From: Bdellovibrionota bacterium
Lineage (GTDB): Bacteria > Bdellovibrionota_C > UBA2361 > JBIKWN01
Length of the DNA: 17,241 bases
Direction of reading: 5' to 3'
Assembly (NCBI GenBank): GCA_044356295.1
Contig: JBIKWN010000053.1
Coordinates: 1-17,241, forward strand
A program made the position numbers and the translations under genes. The notes beneath the pieces were generated by a model that did no database searches, was not told the origin of the DNA, and saw nothing but the letters and a program-made list of their open reading frames with translations. This document shows, piece by piece, positions 8,456-15,982 of the stretch; within the stretch, counting starts at the first letter, position 1; each line of letters starts with the position of its first letter.

Positions 8456-9905
8456 TAGTAGCAGCCTTTTCCTTCTCAAGGAATTTTGAACGAGTTGTGC
8501 CACGTTTAGCAGGTCCAAGTGATAAAGTATGAGCTGATCTACCTGGAGAATACCCCATTCCTTCTGCTACTTTGTCATACATGGCTGCTTTCTTTGAATC
8601 GAAGGGAAGGGCTCCTTTTTCGCTGCCGAGCCATGGATTATCCCTTCCACGTAATATTTGTATATGTTTAAACCCATGTGATTCAGCAATATGTTCGACT
8701 GCTCTAACAAGTAATCGATGCCAACGAAGTCCGATTAATCCTCTGGAACCAGTTTGATCTTCAGGGCTTTCTACGTAATTTTTTTTACCACTTTCTAAAA
8801 TTTCTTCATCAAATCGACGAGCAACAACACCTTGAATTTGAACAATGGTAATAGTCAGTGGATCAGAAACAAGAAAAGAGATAACAGCCTGTGGTTCACC
8901 TTTAAAATTAAGTGTAATTGCTAATGGTGCGTCCATAAATGCAGAGCTTATTTTTTTATTCATCTTTCCTGTTTTGCTTTTTGTGACAGGAACATCTTCA
9001 AGAAGTTTTGAAATACTGCCTGCATCTCCAAAATCATTTCCATCTTTTGGGGTACACAAAGAAAATGAAAGATCTTTTAACCGTTTTTCTGAAAAATTAG
9101 AACGTCCGGTTTCATCACGAGAATGATAATACTGATTGGCAAAAAGAGTATGAAGAGAAATTCCAAGATTGAAAGCATCTGCACTGTTAATTGAAGTATC
9201 TTTCAACGTTTTTTGCTGAAGATCGAGAAGTGAATAATTTCTAAGTAATGTTAATCCCCGATAGGAATGTTGATCATCGAGCCAACGGCTTACAACACCG
9301 ATTGCTTTACGAGCTGCAAGTCGATCGATCTCTTCTAGAGAACAGAAATAGTTTGAATATTTTTTGGTTTGTCGTTTAAGAGTATCTTTCCAATCTTCTT
9401 GAGAAAAAGAAGTTGGGTCATGTTTTTTATTCTTCAGCTCAAATTCTTTTTCGAAAAATTTAGGATCGGGCATATTCGCACAAACCCATATGACGGCATC
9501 TAATCCGAACTTTTCATGTACTACATTTGGTCCAGCATTGTAGAGTAAGCTGTGAAGATGAAATGCTGCTAAAGTATCCAAACTATTAAACGTATCTAGT
9601 TCTCTTAATGAAAAATTTTTTGGATGAGATTCTTCAAGGAGTGGCAGTAGATCCCTGAGAGTGCATGCTTTTTTTTCATGTATGTGAAGCCATTTTGTAT
9701 CTTGATTAAGATTATTCTCTACCCACTCTTTAAAATCATTAAATCTAAAATGAGGAGGTTTTTCTTTTTGAAGAGAAGTAAGCGCGGCTACACCTTGTGG
9801 ATTTTGAAGGCAAAGAATCTGATTTATTTCTCCACGTGCGAGCGAGTTCGATTCAAGTACTCTATTGAAGAATGCATTTGTTGATGAAGTGCCAGTGGAT
9901 GTCAT
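8445..9905 (-). CDS. Hypothetical protein; C-terminal ~165 aa with a GNAT/DUF535(VirK/YbjX)-like pattern
   Basis: 486-codon ORF in AT-rich DNA is unlikely by chance; it overlaps the queA stop convergently by 11 bp. C-terminal pattern ITIVQIQG...GLRWHRLLVRAVEHIAESHGFKHIQI...YDKVAEGMGY. The domain call is inference. Confidence 0.8.
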   Translation of the reverse strand: MTSTGTSSTNAFFNRVLESNSLARGEINQILCLQNPQGVAALTSLQKEKPPHFRFNDFKEWVENNLNQDTKWLHIHEKKACTLRDLLPLLEESHPKNFSLRELDTFNSLDTLAAFHLHSLLYNAGPNVVHEKFGLDAVIWVCANMPDPKFFEKEFELKNKKHDPTSFSQEDWKDTLKRQTKKYSNYFCSLEEIDRLAARKAIGVVSRWLDDQHSYRGLTLLRNYSLLDLQQKTLKDTSINSADAFNLGISLHTLFANQYYHSRDETGRSNFSEKRLKDLSFSLCTPKDGNDFGDAGSISKLLEDVPVTKSKTGKMNKKISSAFMDAPLAITLNFKGEPQAVISFLVSDPLTITIVQIQGVVARRFDEEILESGKKNYVESPEDQTGSRGLIGLRWHRLLVRAVEHIAESHGFKHIQILRGRDNPWLGSEKGALPFDSKKAAMYDKVAEGMGYSPGRSAHTLSLGPAKRGTTRSKFLEKEKAATIIL

Positions 9906-10078
9906 GAAATATATTTGCGAAATCTAATTAAATGACGAACTTTTTGTCATAAAAAATCAGACAACTTTGTATGGTGCTCGGGTTTAAAGAGTACCACCAG
10001 TCCGTCTGATATGTTTCTGTAATGTTATTAAGTAAAATTTCGGTTATTGCTCTAAAAATGACCGTAAATTACTGTAAT

Positions 10079-10111
10079 ATTATATGATTCTTAGGATCCC
10101 TAAGATATAAT
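10079..10111. promoter_or_regulatory. Divergent promoter: back-to-back TATAAT hexamers flanking a perfect palindrome
   Basis: ATTATA at 10079-10084 (TATAAT on the minus strand); TCTTAGG-atc-CCTAAGA at 10089-10105; TATAAT at 10106-10111, 7 nt before the tgt ATG. Confidence 0.55.
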
Positions 10112-10118
10112 AATCCCA

Positions 10119-11231
10119 ATGGGTCCTCGCCTTAAAATTCTCACTACTAATCACGGAACTATCGAAACCCCAAATTTCATGCCCGTAGGTACCAAAGCAT
10201 CGGTAAAAGGTATAGATGTCGAGAGGTTACGAGAATCCGGCGCCCAAATAACCCTAGTAAACACCTACCACCTCTGGCTTCGCCCAGGTCCTGAGCGAAT
10301 CCAAAAACTCGGAGGCATTCAAAAATTTTCCGGCTGGAACGCTCCAATATTAAGCGATAGCGGGGGATATCAAGTTTTCTCACTCAAAGGCATGAGAAAG
10401 CTCACAGAAGAAGGTGTTGAGTTTCAATCTCATCTTGATGGATCGAAACAATTTCTGTCACCAGAAAAAGCTATTTGGATTCAAGAAACTCTAGGTGTCG
10501 ATATTGCAATGGTGCTTGATGAATGTCCTTCGCCAGGACTACCTATCGATGAGCTGAAACGCTCACTCGATATGACACACCGTTGGGCTGCTCGTTGTAT
10601 TACAGCGAGAAAAAATCCAGAACAAACACAACTTTTTGGTATTACTCAAGGAGGAAGTCATCGATCACTTCGTACTGAAAGCGCACAAGTATTGTCAGAG
10701 ATGCCATTTAATGGAATGGCAATTGGTGGATTAAGCGTTGGTGAGCCAAAAGAAGTAATGTACGAAGTACTTTCATATCATCCAGCACAGCTTCCCGAAG
10801 ATAAAGTTCGCTACCTTATGGGAGTCGGAACTCCTGAAGATATTATTACAGCAGTTAAATTCGGCGTGGATATATTCGATTGTGTGATGCCGACTCGCGC
10901 GGGTCGATTCGGAAGAGCTTTTATCGGTGGTGAAATTCCATTTATCAATATCAAGAATTCAAAATTCGCCCTTGATGATACGCCTCTTGATGAAGCGTGT
11001 GGTTGTGTTGCGTGCCGAAATTATTCAAAAGCCTATATTCATCATCTGTTCAAAGTTGATGAAATGCTTGGCCCACAGATGCTTTCTGCTCATAATATCT
11101 ATCATTATCTAAGCTTTATGCGGCAGATTCGCACAGCAATTAAAGAAGGCACCTTTAATGAGCTGTACGCCCGAATAAATGGGATTTGGGCGAGCTCTAC
11201 CGATTGCTCGAAAGACAATATCACGGTATAA
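10119..11231 (+). CDS. tgt: Queuine tRNA-ribosyltransferase (bacterial tRNA-guanine transglycosylase)
   Basis: Motifs TP.FMPVGT, NTYHL, DSGGYQVFSL, LDEC, QGG, GGLSVGE, YLMGVG, D.FDCV.PTR, and the Zn site CGCVAC...HN. Confidence 0.97.
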   Translation: MGPRLKILTTNHGTIETPNFMPVGTKASVKGIDVERLRESGAQITLVNTYHLWLRPGPERIQKLGGIQKFSGWNAPILSDSGGYQVFSLKGMRKLTEEGVEFQSHLDGSKQFLSPEKAIWIQETLGVDIAMVLDECPSPGLPIDELKRSLDMTHRWAARCITARKNPEQTQLFGITQGGSHRSLRTESAQVLSEMPFNGMAIGGLSVGEPKEVMYEVLSYHPAQLPEDKVRYLMGVGTPEDIITAVKFGVDIFDCVMPTRAGRFGRAFIGGEIPFINIKNSKFALDDTPLDEACGCVACRNYSKAYIHHLFKVDEMLGPQMLSAHNIYHYLSFMRQIRTAIKEGTFNELYARINGIWASSTDCSKDNITV

Positions 11232-11239
11232 AACTACCC

Positions 11240-11638
11240 GTGAAATTACAATATGTTACCCAATTTTCTAGACCCTTTCTTCTTGGGCTGCTTTCAGTCT
11301 TGTTCCTACTTGACGCTTCGATAGCTCAAACATTCGCACAAGCCGCAGCAGTTCCTGCTCAACCTGGATTTACTGAGGTGCTCTCTAAAATGGCACCGAT
11401 GTTTCTTATTGTGTTTGTGGTGTTTCATTTCTTTATTATCAAACCACAGAAAAAGAAAGATGCAGAGCATGATGATCTTATAAAAAATTTAAAAAATGGT
11501 GATAGCGTTATTACTTCTTCAGGAATGATTGGAAGAGTTACTGCAGTTGCCACGGACGTGATTACTCTTGAGATTGCAAGCAATGTCAAAGTTAAGTTCA
11601 CACCATCCTCAATCCTAAAAAAAGAAGTCAGTAAATAG
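11240..11638 (+). CDS. yajC: Preprotein translocase subunit YajC
   Basis: Motifs FFIIKPQKKK, L..GD.VIT.SG..G.V and EIA.NVKVKF; lies between tgt and secD. GTG 11240 is preferred over the track's 11186, which overlaps tgt by 46 nt; the start is uncertain. Confidence 0.9.
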   Translation: MKLQYVTQFSRPFLLGLLSVLFLLDASIAQTFAQAAAVPAQPGFTEVLSKMAPMFLIVFVVFHFFIIKPQKKKDAEHDDLIKNLKNGDSVITSSGMIGRVTAVATDVITLEIASNVKVKFTPSSILKKEVSK

Positions 11639-11652
11639 GGAGTTAACAGACA

Positions 11653-13182
11653 ATGAGTACATTAAAAACAAGAGCACTCGTTTTGCTAGGTTCGATCGTC
11701 CTGGCTTTGGTTTTTTTAGTCCCAACATTTTTCAAGTCATCTTTTAAAGATACGCAGTGGTTAAGTAAGCCGTTGTCTCTTGGGCTTGATCTTTCAGGTG
11801 GCGTTCACATCGTGTATGAAGTGCAACAAGAAGAAGCGATACGGTCAAAACTTCAGTCTACAGCAAATAGTATTCGTTCTGAGCTTCGTGATGCAAAAAT
11901 TGCTTTAACTGGTGTTAAAGTTCCTGAGACTAGAAAGCTTGAACTTACTTTCCTTAATGATCAAACCGCAGAGCGCGGTAAGGCAAAGCTTTTAGAAAAT
12001 CACAAAGACTTGCAGTTTTTTGATAAAGTCGCTGACGGTACAAAATCAAAGCTTATTTACACTGTTAGTGATAAAGATGCGCAAACGATTGCAACTGAAA
12101 GTGTTGCCCATGCTGTTGAAACACTTCGAAATCGGGTTGACCAATTCGGTGTTGCAGAGCCATTGATTCAACGTGTTGGTACAAATCGAATCCTACTTCA
12201 AATGCCAGGTGTGAGCGATGTTTCATCTGTCAGAAAAGTAGTCGGTAACGTTGCAAAGCTTGAATTTAGATTACTTCCTACTCCGGGTTCATCTGAATCA
12301 ACAGTTCCACTGAAAGACAAATCAGGTGCTACTGTTCAAGTTGAAGATCAAGTTTTAATGAGTGGGCAAGATGTTGCAGTTGCAAGAGTTTCCTTTGACC
12401 AGGGTGTGAATGTTTCTTTAACCCTTACCAGTGAAGGTGCAAGAACGTTTAGGAAGCTAACAACTGAAAACGTTGGAAGACAACTCGCAATTATATTAGA
12501 TAACGTAGTTTATTCATCTCCTAATATTAATGAACCGATCGGAGGAGGGCAGGCAAGTATCTCTGGTGGATTTACAGTCGAAGAAGCAAAACAGTTAGCC
12601 GTAATTCTGAGAGCTGGTGCATTACCAGCGCCGATGAAAGTCATGGAAGAGCGAACCGTTGGTCCTTCACTTGGAGCTGAATCCGTTAAGAAAGGTATTA
12701 CTGCAATTGTTGCTGGATTTTTGTTAGTCGCACTTTTCATGATGTATTGGTACAAAAAATCAGGTGTTGTTGCTGTTGCATCACTTCTTTTGAACCTTCT
12801 TTTCATCATTGCAATCCTTTCCGCATTTGGAGCCACGATGACTCTTCCAGGGTTAGCGGCACTGGCTCTAACGGTCGGTGTTGCAGTCGATTCGAATGTA
12901 ATTATCTTTGAACGGATTAAAGATGAACTGTTTAATGGTGCTTCAAGGGATGCTGCAGTTCGGCTTGGATTTGATAAAGCGTATACCGCTATTCTTGATT
13001 CAAATTTAGCAGCTTTTTTTGTTGGACTAATCCTTTACTTTCTTGGAACAGGACCTGTGAAAGGATTCGCTGTTACACTTTGCATCGGAGTTTGTACAAC
13101 TCTTTTTTGCGCAGTGTTTGCAGCCAGAATCGCTTTTGATGGTTTGGAACTGAAAGGTAAAAAATTTCCAATTTCAATCTAA
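11653..13182 (+). CDS. secD: Protein translocase subunit SecD
   Basis: Motifs LGLDLSGG, LRNRVDQFGVAEP, AI.LD, LRAGALP, TVGPSLG, TLPGLA and VDSNVIIFERI; GGAG RBS. Confidence 0.97.
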   Translation: MSTLKTRALVLLGSIVLALVFLVPTFFKSSFKDTQWLSKPLSLGLDLSGGVHIVYEVQQEEAIRSKLQSTANSIRSELRDAKIALTGVKVPETRKLELTFLNDQTAERGKAKLLENHKDLQFFDKVADGTKSKLIYTVSDKDAQTIATESVAHAVETLRNRVDQFGVAEPLIQRVGTNRILLQMPGVSDVSSVRKVVGNVAKLEFRLLPTPGSSESTVPLKDKSGATVQVEDQVLMSGQDVAVARVSFDQGVNVSLTLTSEGARTFRKLTTENVGRQLAIILDNVVYSSPNINEPIGGGQASISGGFTVEEAKQLAVILRAGALPAPMKVMEERTVGPSLGAESVKKGITAIVAGFLLVALFMMYWYKKSGVVAVASLLLNLLFIIAILSAFGATMTLPGLAALALTVGVAVDSNVIIFERIKDELFNGASRDAAVRLGFDKAYTAILDSNLAAFFVGLILYFLGTGPVKGFAVTLCIGVCTTLFCAVFAARIAFDGLELKGKKFPISI

Positions 13183-13223
13183 GATTCAGACTTTACTTTT
13201 AAACTCGTAGAGAAATATTTACT

Positions 13224-14126
13224 ATGTCACGAAAAATTCCAAAAATAGATTTCCTCGGTGTGTTTGGATATGCAGTTGTGTTTAGCCTTCTGCTTATGGT
13301 CGGTTCTGTATACCTTTTTATCACCAAGGGTGAGGCAAAATACGGAGTTGATTTTACTGGTGGTTACGAGTTCCTTGTTTCGGCTGCCGAAAATGGTGGT
13401 GCTGATGCAGTGCGTATCGCTTTGAATGAAAAAGGTTTTGAGAACGCAGTTGTTCAGTCTTTTGAAATTGGATCGAATCAGTATTTAGTTAGGCTTGAAG
13501 GCGACCAGACTGAATCTGATGCTTTGAAAACTAAAGTTAAAGAAATCATGACTGCAAAATTCGGTGCAGCAAGTGATATTTTAAGACAAGATTTTGTGGG
13601 TCCAACTGTAGGTAGTGAACTTCGAACAAAAGCGTTAATTGCGGTGATTGTTGCGCTAGCAGGAATCTTAGCTTTTATCTCGTTTCGATTTGAATTTGCT
13701 TTTGCTCTTGGTGCAGTTGTTGCACTGTTTCATGATGTTATCATCTCAACAGGAGTATACCTGTTAAGTGGTCAAACTTTTTCAATGGGTGCTGTTGCGG
13801 CTGCACTTACTATTGTTGGTTATTCGGTAAACGATACGATCGTAATTTTTGATAGAATCCGAGAAGAGCTCAATCACCGTCCAAAATATAATCTTATCGA
13901 AGTGATGAATGAATGTATTAATATGATGCTTTCAAGAACGTTAATCACTCATATTCTTACTCTGTTTTCAGCAGCAGCATTGTACTTTTTTGGTGGTGGA
14001 GCGATTTCTGATCTTAGTTTATTCCTTCTTGCGGGGATTGTTACTGGTTCTTACTCGACCATTTACATCGCGTGCCCTGTGGTGATTTTGTGGCATAAGA
14101 TGAAGGGTGGGGCGATTGAGGGGTAG
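13224..14126 (+). CDS. secF: Protein translocase subunit SecF
   Basis: Motifs GVDFTGG, VGPTVG.EL, ALFHDV, GYSVNDTIVIFDRIRE, LSRT and G.YSTIYIA. Confidence 0.97.
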   Translation: MSRKIPKIDFLGVFGYAVVFSLLLMVGSVYLFITKGEAKYGVDFTGGYEFLVSAAENGGADAVRIALNEKGFENAVVQSFEIGSNQYLVRLEGDQTESDALKTKVKEIMTAKFGAASDILRQDFVGPTVGSELRTKALIAVIVALAGILAFISFRFEFAFALGAVVALFHDVIISTGVYLLSGQTFSMGAVAAALTIVGYSVNDTIVIFDRIREELNHRPKYNLIEVMNECINMMLSRTLITHILTLFSAAALYFFGGGAISDLSLFLLAGIVTGSYSTIYIACPVVILWHKMKGGAIEG

Positions 14127-14378
14127 GTTTGTCAATGACAGCTTAAGATAGAGTGAACTCGAACATATCTTAAAAATGATTGTTACTTCGACCTAATAAT
14201 GGATTTACCTGCATTGAAAGTACTAGAAATCCACGAGCATAAGTATTCCTTATTCACCAATTTATGGATCTCTCTCTGCTGAATTTCTTTTGAATTCTAG
14301 AATTAACAAATGAAGGAAAGGAATATGTGGATCAATTTCACCTCATAAAACAGTGCCGTAACTCCTTGGATTGATTGT

Positions 14379-14419
14379 AAAAAAAAAGCACTAGACTCCC
14401 CATCGAATTATGGTAAGTT
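14379..14419 (+). promoter_or_regulatory. Putative sigma-70 promoter of the right-end operon
   Basis: A9 tract (UP-like) at 14379-14387; TAGACT at 14392-14397; 16-nt spacer ending TGG; TAAGTT at 14414-14419 (extended -10 TGnTAnnnT). Confidence 0.35.
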
Positions 14420-14456
14420 ACTATTAAGGTAAAATATTATAAAAGGTAATACAAAT

Positions 14457-14870
14457 ATGAAAATCAACTGTGCTACTTTTCTCTTTGCATTATTACTTGC
14501 TAACTCTTTTGAACCAATTTTAGTTCAAGCACAGTCAGGATTTTCAATTACACCAAAAGTGTGCGAGCCACTTTTTTTTCACAGCCAATCTCATACTTTT
14601 AGCTCAAGTGGTGTTCATGCACCTGGGAGTTGGAATGCTCATCTTGAAGGGGCTAAGCTGGAGGAGGGCGAGGAGATTAATAAACAATTGGTTCAGCAGG
14701 AATTGGATCAGATAGGAAAGAATAGTGTTTTTTTTGAAAAAATATCCGATATGTGTCGTCAAGAACTTAATAGGCAAGCTACTGCGTCGACATCAGATAT
14801 AAAAAATAATACAAAGAATGGAGCAAGTTTATCGGGAAAGGATATGGAGCCTGCCGAGAATGATTACTAG
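14457..14870 (+). CDS. Small secreted protein with periodic His/Ser motif (unknown function)
   Basis: AAGG upstream; Sec signal peptide ending LVQA. Mature part has His at residues 42, 46, 54 and 62, Cys at 36 and 100, an acidic helix and a disordered tail. Confidence 0.8.
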   Translation: MKINCATFLFALLLANSFEPILVQAQSGFSITPKVCEPLFFHSQSHTFSSSGVHAPGSWNAHLEGAKLEEGEEINKQLVQQELDQIGKNSVFFEKISDMCRQELNRQATASTSDIKNNTKNGASLSGKDMEPAENDY

Positions 14871-14872
14871 GC

Positions 14873-15964
14873 ATGATATTCCGTTCCTTATCAGCTAGTA
14901 TATCTAAAAATACTTGCCTCTTATTTTTTTTTGTACTGACTTCTTGTAATTTAACTCAAATATCAAAGGAATCTAGGAGTCCTGATACTGTCGTTGTCTT
15001 TAGAGGTCAAGAAATAGTTGACTCTTCAGATAAAAACAAAACTGACTTTACTGATATTGATAAGGTGTTCAGGCTTGTTTTTAATAACATGCCGGATGTG
15101 TCTGATGTAGTAGTCTCAAATGGATTTCACTATTTCAGGATTTATGAGTCAGGGCATGAATACTGGGGGAATTTTTACCTTTATGAAGAAAATGTAGCAC
15201 CACATTTCTTTTTTGTTTTCTACAAAAGAGAGAATCGCCCCCCTCCCTATAAAATAAATGTTTACTTCCTAGAGAATGGATCTTTACCGGATTTATCTAT
15301 CTCTAAAATAGTATCTACGACGGTACCTACTTTTAAGGTAAAGCTCGGAAATGAAACGAAATTTTTTAAAATTCATCCATTCAATACTTCTTGCAAGAAC
15401 CGCAACATAGCAAATACTGAAAAGGTTTTTGGTACGATAAAGGATGAGTCTGGGGTTGATTTTTGCCTTGTTTTTGATAATCGGAACCGCTCATTTTTCT
15501 TTACTCTAGAAAGTCCTAGGTCTACTTTGATAAAGTCTGATTTCATTTCCGAAACATCTTACTTCCAGCCACACACAGGCTTCTTTTTTGACTATGAACC
15601 TGAATATGACAGATTTATACTGATTGGCGTTGCTCAACATGACTTTGAGCGAAATACATACTTTGATGGGCCTTCAGATCAATTGCCATGTGAATTAGTT
15701 GAAAGTGATGCCTTTTTAAAAGTCTATAGTAGCCCCACTTATGATGCTAAAGCTAATCATAGTAGATGTCACATATTACCAAATCTTAATAAAGATCGCC
15801 TTGAAGATTTCTTTGCGCTTGCTCAGTATTTTTCATATTTTAACTTTGATGAAATGAAAAAAGCGAATGCCCGATGTAACCAGTTTACTTATGACAAACG
15901 AAGAGCGTGTCTAACAGCGCCTCTCCCTTTAGTTAAAGAAATAGGCAAACCTTTATTCAAGTAA
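14873..15964 (+). CDS. Putative lipoprotein of unknown function
   Basis: Starts 2 nt after the upstream stop; lipobox LLFFFVLTSC (Cys25). Aromatic-rich beta-type sequence with six further Cys and motif-like segments DESG..F.LVFD, TGF.F and ILIGV...N.YFDGPSDQLP. Confidence 0.82.
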   Translation: MIFRSLSASISKNTCLLFFFVLTSCNLTQISKESRSPDTVVVFRGQEIVDSSDKNKTDFTDIDKVFRLVFNNMPDVSDVVVSNGFHYFRIYESGHEYWGNFYLYEENVAPHFFFVFYKRENRPPPYKINVYFLENGSLPDLSISKIVSTTVPTFKVKLGNETKFFKIHPFNTSCKNRNIANTEKVFGTIKDESGVDFCLVFDNRNRSFFFTLESPRSTLIKSDFISETSYFQPHTGFFFDYEPEYDRFILIGVAQHDFERNTYFDGPSDQLPCELVESDAFLKVYSSPTYDAKANHSRCHILPNLNKDRLEDFFALAQYFSYFNFDEMKKANARCNQFTYDKRRACLTAPLPLVKEIGKPLFK

Positions 15965-15982
15965 AAATGAATTGACTTGTGA

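Noticed and set aside
9985..10012. Sigma-28 promoter on + (TAAAG...TCTGATAT)
   Set aside because: Spacing is one base off and the -10 lacks the CGA core.
9906..10118. preQ1 riboswitch upstream of tgt
   Set aside because: No stem-loop with the preQ1-I loop consensus plus A-rich tail, and tgt appears leaderless.
11186..11239. N-terminal extension of YajC in the ORF track
   Set aside because: Overlaps tgt by 46 nt; the downstream GTG 11240 gives a more typical protein.
14130..14173. Inverted repeats after secF (TGTCA-a-TGACA; TTAAGATA-N15-TATCTTAA)
   Set aside because: Short and AT-rich with no U-tract on +; cannot be supported as a terminator or operator.
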